Assembly: GCF_006345805.1 (NCBI RefSeq)
Contig: NW_021833589.1
Span: 7,250 to 71,249, forward strand
Reading direction: 5' to 3'
Length of the DNA: 64,000 bases
Source: Octopus sinensis
Lineage: Eukaryota
Shown: positions 22,911-37,039 of the stretch, piece by piece
Layout of the letters: the number at the start of each line of letters is the position of its first letter
Numbering within the stretch: the first letter of the stretch is position 1
Made by a program: the position numbers and the translations under genes
The notes under the pieces: model-generated
What the model saw: only the letters and a program-made list of their open reading frames with translations
Told to the model about the DNA's origin: nothing
The model's database searches: none

Positions 22911-23248
22911 TAGGGCAACCGGAAAGTTGCTTATAATAATGTAAAAAATTGACCTTAAAAGTCAACTAAATTGCTTTAAAAAATAAAAAAGTTGACTTAA
23001 TATGCATAAAAAGTTGCCCTAAGAAACAGAAATTTATTTATTAAAGCATAACATTAAATAATATTTAACATTTTCAGGTAGGAAATTTCTATCTTTGGTT
23101 AAAATTTTGTGAAGAATAGAAAATGATCTTTCTACTTCACACGATGTTGCCGGACAATCCAATAATAATGCGTGGTGAAATGGAGTAATTGGTAGCTTAG
23201 ATAACTCCATTATTTTGAAAATGTCGTTTCTTGAAATTCGTAAGCTTA
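22911..23248 (-). mobile_element. 3' end of a hAT-like transposon
   Basis: CPATSCEVERSFSILHKIL..RN (hAT dimerization-like); terminal TAGGGCAAC at 22911. The same family occurs at ~45100-45900 and ~49008-49700. Confidence 0.7.
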
Positions 23249-25288
23249 TCTCCGAAGTGACCACCACTCAATGATAATGAGAATGAACTGTTCTCCACAT
23301 CCCATACTGAAACCAACTTATTTCTATGATTACGAAAACGCAGATTGGAATGCTTTCGCAAAGTACGTCGATTCAAGGCTCCAGAACTTCCACCCTGAGA
23401 ATTTTTCTTCCTTGGACAGAGCAGTGGAAAGCTTCAACAAAACTATCATAGATGCAAGGAATTTGATTATCAGAAGAGCATGTATAAGAAGTGGGAGCTC
23501 AAAATATGATTCAAGAACAAAAAAACTAATCAGAGAAAGAATCAGCCTCAAGAAAAGAAAGTATCGACCCAAAGGAATCATCGATCGAATCAGGGCTCTA
23601 AACATGCTTATTACGAATAATACCAACCAAGTCCAAAGGAAGAAGCTCAGCCGAATCTCTAGAGCTATGAATAAACAAGCCTCTATTTCGACCATGTGGA
23701 CGATGTTGAGACGCTTGAAGAATCCTGACGAGCGTAAAACAGAAACATACCAGCTCAATCTAAACAATTTTATGAAACACTGTGTCAAGATTAGTCATAT
23801 TCCTTATAAAAAAATGAACTCACAGCCAAGATTAAAATCAAAGCCATCCAAAGGGCCCCCGACGACTTATTTTCTTCCTGAAGAGGTGTCTGAAACAATC
23901 TCGAATCAGAAGAAAACAAACTCATGTGGACCGGATGGAATTCCACTTAATCTACTAAAACACTTGGGCCCTGTTTCAATAAATGCTTTAACCACGATCT
24001 ATAACACGTCATTAATCACGAACGCTATACCGAACTTATAGAAACTATCAAAAATCCGGCCAATATTAAAACCTGGAAGACCGAAGAACGACCCCGGCTC
24101 CTATAGACCAGTATCCTTATATGTGTGTTGTCAAGAATCTTGGAAAAACTGGTCCTAAAACATATTCGACCTTTCCTCCCACAATCTACATTCCAACATG
24201 GATTCAAGGAAGGATTGTCAACGACCTCCTTCCTTACCACACTAACAGATTTCATAAATGAAGGACACAAAAATGCAGGAAAAATCGATTGTATGCACTA
24301 TCGACATTGAAAAAGCGTTTGACTCCGTCCCGAGGAAGATCCTAATTCAAAAGATATTTGGTACAAATATTTCTACACCTATGAAGCTATGGATTGCGAA
24401 TTTTTTGAGCGGACGTCGTGGGAAAGTGTGCGTCGGGAACGAGAGTTCAAGATCACGCTTATTGCCCAATGGTGTACCCCAGGGTTCCTTTTTATCCCCG
24501 ACCCTCTTAAACTTGTTTCTGAATGATCTCCCGGCTCCTATGGATAATAATGACATACTACTCTCCTATGCCGATGACATAGTTGTCGCATCTAGGGATG
24601 TAAATGTCGAATACGCGAAGGAAAGACTACAAAGAATACTGAACTACTTATATAGATGGCTATATGAAAACAGACTACATGCATGTTCCGAAAAGTCAGC
24701 AGTCACTCTATTCAAGAAAAATAGGAAGATGGGGACGAAAACTATTGATGTCACGTTGAACGGAATTCCAATACCACAAAAGAAAACACAGAAGATATTG
24801 GGAGTAACGCTTGATACTTTCCTCTGTTTTTCACCTCACGTAGAATCGATCGTATCAACCTGTATAAAGAAGATCAATTTTGTAAAAGCCTTCCTTTGGA
24901 ACTGTGGGAGAACTTATCCGCCAGGGGTAGAGACCCTTTACAATCAGTATATCGAGCCAACAATAGGCTATGCATGTGCTGCTTGGGGCTGTAACCTGGC
25001 GGCAACGAACCGGCTAAAAATCGAAAAAATTCAAGAAAGATCTATCAACCTACTGAAGGACCACGCCGATAGGGAAATTGTCCATAGAACACTGGAGTCT
25101 CTCGTAGAGGCAAATGGGGGGGATCGTGGAAATGGACCACAAACCATTCACCGTACATACAGAAAGTGTGTGGGGTCACGGTCGGAACATCGTGAAAAGA
25201 TGCCTCGATTGTTGAGAAGTGTCGGAATCACCTGAACGTGTTAGTTAATTGGTTAAGACGGTGATTCTGTTTGGCTTAAATAATAATA
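23249..25288 (+). mobile_element. 3' half of an Ingi-like LINE (SDH motif, RT, (TAA)n tail), frameshifted
   Basis: LRSDHH.., SCGPDGIP, SYRPVSL, QHGFK, DIEKAFDSV, GVPQGSFLSP, YADDI; TAA repeats at ~25279-25290. Confidence 0.85.
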
Positions 25289-25329
25289 ATGTAACTATCA
25301 AAATATATCAAATAATCATATAACTCTCT

Positions 25330-25592
25330 TAGGAGATACAGAAGACATGATACGAAGAAAATCACTTGCAACTTTCGCGCTCAAAAGATTAAACAACATA
25401 TGGTTGAGAGGCAAAAAAATTTCTGCGTTTTTAAAAATCAAACTTTACAATATGTTCGTAAAACCAGTCCTACTGTACAACTCCTCCTCTTGGGCACTCA
25501 CAGTGCATGAAATGGAAAATCTCAATTCCTTCCACAGAATGCAGCTGAAATACATCCTAGGAATCTTTTGGCCAAAACGGATTTCAAAAGAT
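25330..25592 (+). mobile_element. RTE-like LINE RT C-terminal fragment
   Basis: KIKLYNMFVKPVLLYNSSSW..LNSFHRMQLKYILGIFWP. Confidence 0.75.
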
Positions 25593-26399
25593 TAAACAAC
25601 AAAACGGATTTCAACATCAATATTCTTAGTAATATTGAAAACAATTGAATATATTGAATAACTTTGGACTTGGAAAAATGCAGTTTTTTAGAAAAATTTG
25701 AAATTGTAGATGTGGTCTGGCAAATGGACGGTGACGGATGTGATTGTTAGATGCGCAATATGTGATTCAGCATTCACAAAAGTATACATTCGGTATTTTA
25801 TTCTCTGGGTTAAAATCCAGTTACAGGCGAATCCTCTTTTTGTACGCAAAGTTATTATATAATTTAGTTTGGACGGTATATAAAATAAAGATTAAATTAA
25901 AGAAAAAAATCAACAGATTGTATTCAACAATACTGTCTTTATATACAAACTAAATCAAAAAATGCACTAATCACTGTTAATAATGTTTATCAGCATTTAT
26001 AGATGCCTTCAAATCGACTCCCTTCGTATAAGAGAAGATTAAAAGAACCAATAAACATAACAATAATGAATAGACAAAAATAAACAGAAAATAAAAAAAA
26101 TTGTAAATAAGTTAGTAATAATAAGAATACTGTGTACAAATTTAATTTTTATAAATACAAAATTTCATAGTGCATCACAAGAAAAACTAATAATAAGCGT
26201 GAAAACACGCCGGTATAATTGATTGTTTATGTATCAATTATTTTTTAATTCGAATTAATTATAAAGTATAATAAATAACAAAAAATGTCACCCTTTTAGT
26301 GAGGGTGCGAGATGCCTCTTTTTTTCCGTTCAACAATTAAGAAAAATGTTTAGATAGCAGAAGATATAGGAGAATATGCTTGCCCTAAAGATTCTTACG

Positions 26400-27540
26400 T
26401 TCAATGCAAGAGGAATATCTAAGCCCCCTCGAGAAATATTTTCTTTCACGACCTAGAAAGATATATAGTTTTTATTGGATGTATAAACGTGGAAAAATGG
26501 TAAAAAACCCGACCGAACTGGATGAATTTTACTCAGCATTATCAAAAACGTATAACGAATATGAGCCTTCCTCACTTATATACAAAAAAGAACTCAGAAG
26601 ATACCTTCATGGGAAGACAGTGCAAAGATACATGCTTTGGCCCATACTTGGCCATTTCTGGACAGTAAATAAACTGTTCTTGTGCCGCATTCTTCCATCA
26701 TTCATACCACATAACCACTTGGATGGGCGAACGAAGAAATAAAGATGGAAAGCTAGTCTCTACATACAACCAAATTGATTATATTATATGCCGGATTAAT
26801 ACCTCATATGAAGATTTAGTCAGTGATCACGGAGTGGTTATTGTCACCTCCAGCATGGCCAAACATAAGAAACATAACAACATTACAAACAATGTTATTG
26901 AGAACACAAAAAGTGGATATGCAACAGAAATTACAAAAAATATTTGCTCCCATCTGAAGAACCAAACAGTAGGAATTTCGTGGGATGGGATTAGCACATA
27001 ATAAAAGAAGTAGAAAGCTATTCACGCGGGAGACGGCCAGTACGGATCGGACGGTACATACAGAACTAGCAAAGGAGTTAAAAGAAATCCATACACAGAA
27101 ACTAAACGAAAAAGACTATAACAAAAGAAAAGCCCTTCAGGGGCAGAGGGACCAGATCCGTAGAAAAATCAGAGGACTGAGCAAAAGATCTGCTCCGCAA
27201 AATTAAAGGGTTATTTAAACTAAAAGATAATTCACAAATGTATGTGGGCACTCGTTTATTACGACACGTAAACCAGAAATAACGAATAATCATCAAGGAT
27301 AAAAATGGCAAAACTTTACTGAATGCTGAGGAGCAGGTGGAGATAATTGCAACACATTTTGAGAAATTTTTCAATGTGATTAAAGACCCCTAACTAATTA
27401 CAATTTTGGAAATAAAAACAGCATGTTAAAAACTAAAAAATAACGAAATCCCTGGACTAGATACAATAAATCCAGAATTTAAAATATGGCCCTTTCTCCC
27501 TTTGTGAAAAAATCGCTACACTACTAACTGAATGTTTTCA
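26400..27540 (+). mobile_element. Degraded RTE-like LINE (endonuclease end to start of RT)
   Basis: YNQIDYIICR..SDHGVV; RNNHQ..GKTLLNAEEQVEIIATHFEKFF; EIPGLDTINPE. Confidence 0.65.
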
Positions 27541-28156
27541 ACTAACTCAACTTATTAATCATTGAAAGAATGAATATTTATTTGACCTAAATGACACATT
27601 AATTTTACAAAATCATAAGTAATACCCCTATAATTTAATTTTTATTTTTAACAAAAATCAGACAAATTCGAATTAGAGAGACATTATTGACTTTTGGTTG
27701 CCCTAGTCATTAGGTATGTTGTCCCCCAGTTTCTTCGCAAGATCTCCTCAAAAGTGGGAGAGTTTTGTAGATTATTGATTAAATTTCTGAAATTTTTCCC
27801 GAATTTCCCCACGCTGTGCAGGCGTAACTAATTGTGGGTTCCATGTACTGCTTATAGACGGTTTGGCGAGTGGCGAGGCTCTCCACTGTCTTTATTTTCA
27901 AAGGAAAACTCTAAGTATGAAGATGGCATATTCTTTGACAAATCCGCAATGATTTGTGTAAACACTCGTATTGGTGGAAATTATTCTTTCTGGGTATATA
28001 ATAAAAACCGTGGTGTGATCCCCTGAAGTAAATTTAATTAACTAAAAAGAGAAATCGCCAAAAAAATCTAGCTATTTAAAATCAATTAAATCAGAATTAA
28101 AATTTAAAAGGAAAAAAACTCAATAAATGAGCCAATAATAACGAGAAATCAATGAA

Positions 28157-29612
<1,456 letters not shown>

Positions 29613-30349
29613 TTCCTAGTTTAATATTATAAAAATGATGTTTTTATGTTAATTATAATTAATATTTTGTATATTCATTGACAAAAGTATTATATGATAA
29701 CACCACATCAACTTCTTCATCCATTAAAAGAATGCTGCTTTGTAATAATATTTCTTTAATATTATCTAAAATAACTTTTATCAAAAATAAAAAAAGTGTG
29801 AAAGTGCGATTCCTCAAATATTGACGCAAATTTAAAGCTGACTTGAGAATTTCAGTAGTGGTCGTATAAGACAAGCTTGGGATGAAAATAGATCTTTCAT
29901 ATTAAGACTATTATCAAATGAGGTTTCTCAGGGTTCTCAATTATCTCCAATCCTATTTAATCTCATGATGAGGATCTATCACGGCCAGAAGATGACAATA
30001 ATCTGTTATTATATTAAGAAATAGGAGTATAATAGCAGAAACGCAAAGAACACAAGATAACCCTAATAATTTGAGTTCGTGGTATATAAAAAAGAATTGG
30101 AAGCAAGTCCGGAAAAATCTATTTTGATTTTGTTCACGAAAAACAGAATGCTTTAAAAAGCTTCAATTGAAGCAAAGTTGGACGGGACAATTATACCTCA
30201 GAAAAAAACCCAGAAGATTGTAGGAGTTACCTTTGACATCTTCCAAACTTTTTCAACCCATGTCAAAAATATAGTTATGGCGTGTACAATAAACGTTAAT
30301 TTCCAGAATTTTTTCTGGAGAACGAAAGAAAATACTAAAGCCTATATGG

Positions 30350-31104
30350 CAGGGGTGTCAAACTCATTTTGCTTTGGGGGCTGCATGTATAATATGTGAC
30401 ATGGCTAATCAGGCCCCTATGGGCAACCTGTCCTTTACGTGTTACTATGGCAACTACTTAACCACTGACAAATTTTCATTTGTAAGTCGTGTTCTATGAA
30501 CAGTTTTTTTATTTCATGAAAATGTGCCATTTCTTTGTTATGTTCGGCAACTGTATTTTTGTCAAAGAAATCTCTTTAAACAAATACACATTATCAGGAC
30601 AAATAATTTTGGCTGTTTTCACAGGACTTTGATGAAATCACTATCACAATATGATTTCCCATTTATTGCAAGCATTCTGCTGATTTCATAACTTGTAGTA
30701 ACTGATTAACTGGTTATATATCAGACAATGCATTTTTGCATCTATCGTTGTAGAAAAATATAGAAGTTCCTATTTTTTGAAACACTTCATCTTTCAAACA
30801 CAGTTTTTTAGTAACAGAAGAAACAAGTAACATTGTCAAACAAGATTTACAATATACTAATTATAAAAAATGGATTTAAAAATATGCACAGATATTTGAA
30901 ACACCCCACTTGAAACAAGCTCTCGAAAAAATTGAATAAATAAAGATGGACACAAAATAATGACGAATAAGTTCAGAATATGCAAGCAGAACAGATTATA
31001 GAAATCAACTCAAAAATGTCACAAAATAATGAAAACTATTTTATATTTTAAAGGCTCGCGTGCCGCACCTATACATGCAAGAGGCCGCGTGTTTGACACC
31101 TCTG
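30350..31104. mobile_element. hAT MITE with 8-bp TSD CTATATGG
   Basis: CAGGGGTGTCAAAC...GTTTGACACCTCTG, with an identical 8-bp flank on both sides. Confidence 0.9.
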
Positions 31105-31119
31105 CTATATGGTCTAAAT

Positions 31120-31660
31120 CAGGGGTTCTCAACTTTTTTAGCTCAAGGGCCAAATCGATAATTAAGATTAGCTTCGCGGGCCGCACAAAAAATATTTTAT
31201 ATATTTTCCATTTTACTAAATATTGATTCGCATAAATATGTAGATTCATATATGCATTATGTGTTATATTTTTGAATTTGTCTTGAGGAATTAATTTGTA
31301 AAAATTAATTTGAACAATGCCGCCAGTTCTATATCATGTTGTAAATTAATGAGTTCTAGTTGAAACTTTGCAGGCGCATCCTTAATTTCCACGCTGAATG
31401 GAGTTGCGAATATTTTCATTAAAGGAAGGAATTCTTTAAAATTCTAAAAATTAAATTTATATAAATGTACCCCAAAACGTGTTTCAAATTGATTAATTAA
31501 ATCACCAATTATGGATATGTTTTTTTTTGTTTAACCTTAAGAATGAATAATTAAATTTAAACATTATTAAAAAATTAAAAAAGTTAGTTACTCTAGAGGG
31601 GCCGCAAAAAAAATCCTGGGGGCCACATGCGGCCCCGGGGGCCGCATTTGAGAACCGCTG
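31120..31660. mobile_element. hAT MITE with 8-bp TSD GTCTAAAT
   Basis: CAGGGGTTCTCAA...TTGAGAACCGCTG, with an identical 8-bp flank on both sides. Confidence 0.9.
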
Positions 31661-31676
31661 GTCTAAATAACATATA

Positions 31677-33445
31677 CAGTCTGTACCAAAACATTATAAT
31701 ACTCGTAAATTTAGTTAAAATATAACTCTATTTCACAAATATCCATTTTTATGACTTAATTTTTTACATCCAAATTCAAATTTACTTTCTTTAACTATTA
31801 AAAAATTATTTGATTTTACGAGATCACTGGTTGGGGTGATACAAATTGTCATGTACCATAACATTATAATAATTTTTGTCATGTACCATAACATTATAAT
31901 AATTTTTATATTTTTCATACAAAAACAAATTTATTTAAACTTAACACGTTATTATTTAATTTACATGGAAGGACAAAGCGACTTGTCATTTGATACAAAA
32001 AAATTATTTTAAATCTCCATACCTTTGGACTTAGTCAAAACAAAATCGCGGAAATCACAAATTGCTCACAAGGATCAGTTTCCAACGTGTTGCGGAAGCA
32101 AAATAACGAGAAAAACAATCGTGTCGGAAAGGGAAGGCCGAAATTAACGTCTTCACGAGAAGAAAGAGTTATTCAAAGAGTTTTGATGGAAAATATATTC
32201 ATCTCTATTAAGGAAATTTCCGAAAAACTTATTCCTCACGGAATTAATTTGAGCCGAATGACAATAAGCAGACGTCTAAACCAATTGGGATTTTTTTCCA
32301 TAACCCCTGTTTGCAAGCCCTTCCTAACATTAAAACAACAGAAGCAAAGATTAGCTTTGGCTAAAGGGAAAATAAACTGGACTATAGAACAGTGGTCCAA
32401 AGTTATTTTTTCTGACGAATCTAAGTTTCTGCTGTTAATTGGTGAAAAAGGTGCGTATGTTTGGCGTAAAAGAAATGAAACAATTCATCCTTACATTTTT
32501 CAACAAGGCCCTCAATGAAATCGTGAAGGCCGGTCTCGAAATGGCGGGCCATTCGTGCCTCCTCGAACCGGTCAGACTCGATCGGGGAGATGGCAAAAGG
32601 CCTGACGGGATGACAATATTCCCGTACTCGTCGGGGAAGGCCCTTGTATGGGATGTCACCGTTGTGGATACCTTTTCGAAATCGAGGATCCATTCTTCTG
32701 CGGCAAACCCTTGTTCGGCTGCAACCACGCCGAAAAGATCAAAATACATAAATATTCTTCGCTCGCGGACCGCTACCGCGTTACGGCAATCGCTCTGGAG
32801 ACCGCTGGAGTTGCAGGAAAGGAGACTGACTCGTTCCTCAAAGAGGTCGGGCAGTCCATCGGGAGAAGGCTCAAGGACTCGAGAGAGAGCCTCTGGTTCC
32901 GCCAGCGCATCGGCCTGGCCATTGTTCGGGGCAACGCACACTGCGTCCTCGCCGCTGGACTTCTGAAGGAGCAAGCCTGTCTGCACAGTTCATTTTTGAT
33001 TAGAAGACCTAATTTTAGAGATTAAAACGAAAAATAGCAATGAGATCTGTCAATTATTACCCCCCTCACAACCTAAACCAATTAGCGTTCAGTATTCATT
33101 GATTTTACTTTTTCTATTAAGGTCTACTTATAAATTATTTTATGGGATTCAATGGAAAACTTAAGTTATTTCAATTTTAATTTTAAATCATGTTAAAATT
33201 TTAAATAATTTAATAAATATATTGTTGATGATAGGCTTGTTAGGTGTCAAAGTTGCGTCTAGCGCTCGGTCGCGCGCTGCGCTCGCGACATAATATATTT
33301 TTAAGAATTAATTTATTTAAGAATAGTTAGATAAGTCAATTTAGAAATTACATGCTAAAAATTAACACTTAAAAATTGATATAAGTAGAGATACAAATGA
33401 TTTATTGATAAATTTGCCAATATTATAATGTTTTGGTACAGACTG
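31677..33445 (+). mobile_element. Tc1-like transposon, disrupted by a CRE fragment
   Basis: TA|CAGTCTGTACCAAAACATTATAA...TTATAATGTTTTGGTACAGACTG|TA. Transposase at 32087-~32510 with GRPKLT, KPFLT and KVIFSDESKF. Confidence 0.85.
32510..33000 (+). mobile_element. CRE-like 3' fragment (RLE domain)
   Basis: LEPVRLDRGDGKRPDGMT..WDVTVVDT; IALETAG..FRQRIGLAIVRGNA. Confidence 0.85.
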
Positions 33446-34633
33446 TACAATCAATACGTGGAACATACGATTAGCTATGCGTGTGGAATCGGACGAAAAA
33501 ACTCAATTGGAAAAATCAATCAAAAATCAACAAAATTCAGTTGAAGGTAGCAAACCTGCTAAATAAATATTTCGATAGAGATTATTCCAAAAGGCTGGAA
33601 CATCATAAAGTAATCTGATGTAATTTATCTACGCAAGTTTCGTTATAAAAATTCCACTTTGTACCGAAAATGCGTTGCAATGACGTCGGAACTTTGGGAA
33701 AGGTTGCAAGAACTGCTGAGGGAGGCTGAGATCACCTGAATCTTTTTTTGGATATGAAGGTTGTTTTCTGGTTCAATAAATAAAAAAACCTATAAAAATA
33801 AATTGAATTGAATGTTTTATTTTTACGTGAAACTAAGAAAACGAAAAATAAGTTATGCGGTTAAGCAATTCCTCATCGGACATAAAATTCAATGGACCAC
33901 GCCGTTGAATGGACCGACTAGTTTTTATTAAAATAAAATAGAATTTTTATGAATTAGACGACGGTCGAATTATTTTAAGTTAATAGATAATATTATTTCC
34001 AATAAAAAATAATTATTAAGCATTGGGGCATTTGATTGAGAGGACGAGCGAATAGACAGGCAGTTTCCGCGCAATATCACGAGCGAAATGCGCTGAAAAA
34101 GCCAGCTAGACTCACTCAGGATTATTTTAATTTTGATTTCGATCCGTCATCTTTTAAAGATGTTGATAAGAAAAAAAGATACAGATTGAAAAAATTTTCG
34201 AATCTGATCAGGTTTAAAGACGGAAAAACTTACATTTGCAGGAAGATACTGAACTTCGTTTTTTGGCGCTCGAGGAATATGAGCTAAAGCTCAAACACAT
34301 TGAAATTACCTATTGTTAAGCATGGTCAGTCCGAGCATAATATGGATCACCTTATACGAGATCGTTTATTTGATAGCCTTCGTTATTGTTATTACGATGT
34401 TACCCGAACTGAGGTTGCTCAGATTTTTTCAAAATGTTCATTTTTTCAGGTAGTTTTCATAACATTCTCTAAGACATTGTCTCAGATTATAACTCCACCG
34501 TTCAAGAAACTACTTAAGTCAGTTAATTATAATCCCGGAATTCATTTCACAAGAAACGGAGATGCATCTGAAAAGTTTGATCCTGCCCACGGTGATCGGT
34601 CTGGCACGACGATGTCATAGGGTCAGAGTTCTA

Positions 34634-35692
34634 CACCTTTTTGGTATCAAATATCCGAACTGTGATGTCAAACGTAATTATTGTGGTTTCTAATATCCGA
34701 ACAGAGATGTCAAACGTCATTACTGTGGTTTCTAATATCCGAACTGAGATGTCATTATTGTGTTTTATAATGTTCGAACTGTGATGTCAAATATGTTAAT
34801 GTCAAAATTACGTATCTAAAAAATATAAATGGATTTTTGTTCGTTCGAAATGAATACTTTAGTTAAAACTATGAATACTTCTTCTCGTGTTAGTAAAACA
34901 TATAATAAAACAAATTTGGAAGCCAAAATAAGAATTATATCTGCTTATAAAATTTAAGATGCAGATCGGCATATTGTGGCGGAATCGAATAGAGTTAAGC
35001 GAAATACAGCTTATAAATGGATACGAAATGCTTCACAACTTAATAAAAAACGTAGAGGATTCAGATGGTCAAAAATCACAGACACTGAAATATCGAGAAT
35101 GATAAACTATGTTGAGGAAAATCCTATCATCACTCTAAGCGAAATTTGTGCGAGACTACTTAATGAAACTGGAATTTCTATCCATTATTCGACAGCAGCT
35201 AAATATTTACATGGAAAATTATTTACAGTTAAGAAAGTATTTTTATATTTGTAAAAGCAAGGTTATAACTGAAACCAATTTAATGAATTCAGAAGCAAAC
35301 AAAATGAAAAAGAAAGAATATGTCGAAAAAATAATAAATAGAAAAAGTCGAGACAAAAATATAATTTATATGGACGAAACCAATGTAAACTTATTTTTAA
35401 GAAGAACTCAAGTATAATTTATTAATGTTGATCGAGATGAACAATTTAACTTCCGATGACAATATTTAGCAACTTAACATTGATTTCATTAATAAATATC
35501 ATTTTTTCACTAATGTGCAGAAAAAATTAAAGGATGTTTATATTGTGGACTGTTGAGATCACAATTCGGATATTTGATATCGCAAAAAATATAGGAACGG
35601 ACTTTTGACATCACCGTCCGGATATTAGAAACCACAATAATGACGTTTGAATATTTGACATCCTAGTTTGGATATTCGATACCAAAAAGGTG
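34634..35692 (+). mobile_element. Tc1/IS630-like element with long, internally repeated TIRs
   Basis: TA|CACCTTTTTGGTATC...GATACCAAAAAGGTG|TA; ~42-bp subterminal repeats; ORF remnants 34976-35417 (..IYMDETNVN). Confidence 0.8.
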
Positions 35693-35929
35693 TAGAAGTC
35701 CTTTTTTTGGTAGACATTATGTGCCTCCTGAGCGTTGCTATATCCGATTGGAAGTTCCAACTGACATGGTGGACCACATAACGCCACGCTAAGACCGGAA
35801 GGTAAGAAATCCCCATTTGCAACTGTGTCTTGGCAGAACTACTCGTCGTCTCGCGGGCAAAGGAACGATGACAAGAATTGACCCCGAGCTGGAAACTAGT
35901 CTCCTTCGGATTCGAACCCACGATTGTCT

Positions 35930-36996
35930 AGAATCTAGATAAGCTGAAATAGAAAAGATAAATCCCGGGTCATCATTTGCTCATTTTCATTGTATTATTC
36001 ATCAGCAATATTTGTGTTCAAAGATATTAACAATAGAAAATTCCATTAGTTTGGTCACGAAAACAGTATCAGAGGTCATCCCCTCAACCACCGGCAGTTT
36101 AGTAAACTGTTGACAGATATTAATAATCAATTCAGCGACATTCCTTTTTATACTCCATCACTTCACAAAGTTGTTAAAAAATTTTATTTGTTGAGATCGG
36201 AAATAATTTTATTTATGGAGATGAAAGGGCAAAACACAGACGAAATGAATAGTCAATCTTGGATCAAAGATTTGGCATCTGCAGTGGATATTACCCCATA
36301 TATGAACGACCTTAATTTAGAATCGCAGGGCAGACAAGCTTATAACTCAGTTGTCAGATCATATCAAGTTTTTTATTTCGAAAATAAAATTATGGAAGTT
36401 TCAGCTATTAAATGAAGATTTATCTCATTTTCCTACGTGCAAAGAGCTCAGGAGTACTGTTGATGCACATAATGTAATAAATTTTTCTCAGTATGAAAGA
36501 CAACTAGAATCGTTGTTAAATGAATTTTAAGAAAGATTTAATGATTTTTTGTCTTTTGAATAACAATTTTCATTATACGCATCACCATTCTCTTTCAAGG
36601 TTTCCAATGCAGATGAAAGTTTACAAATGGAATTATTGGAAATCCAATCAGATTCTATACTTAAAGCTAAATATTTGGAAGTCGGAATACCTGCTTTTTT
36701 CATATCTTTCTGGAAAGTTTAAAAATTTTAAAAAGTTTGCGACAAAAACCATTGCTATATGTGTGTGAACAGCTTTTTTCATTTATGAAATTGACAAAAA
36801 CTGCTCAAAGAACATAGCTCAGCCTGACATATCAAAAATTGTATCTAAAAAAAGATGTCAATCCTCTTGAAGCAGCTCTCACCAAAATTTAAGGGCGATG
36901 ATTGAATAATTTAGATAAATATCAAGAATTAATCTTCCCTTAATGAGAAATTATTATAAATGCGGCCCTCGAAGCGAAATGAGTTTAACATCCCTG
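35930..36996 (+). mobile_element. Degraded hAT (GTF2IRD2/SPIN-like) 3' part
   Basis: HCIIHQQYLC, EIILFMEMKGQ, WIKDLA..VDI, YVCEQLFS; right terminus ..TTTAACATCCCTG. Confidence 0.7.
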
Positions 36997-37039
36997 GTCT
37001 AGATCCAACATCCATAGCTAATATATTTATCTGAAAAAT

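Noticed and set aside
33255-33290. Possible third Helitron 3' end (hairpin + CTAG on the minus strand)
   Set aside because: It is followed by A rather than T, and no matching 5' end or helicase was found.
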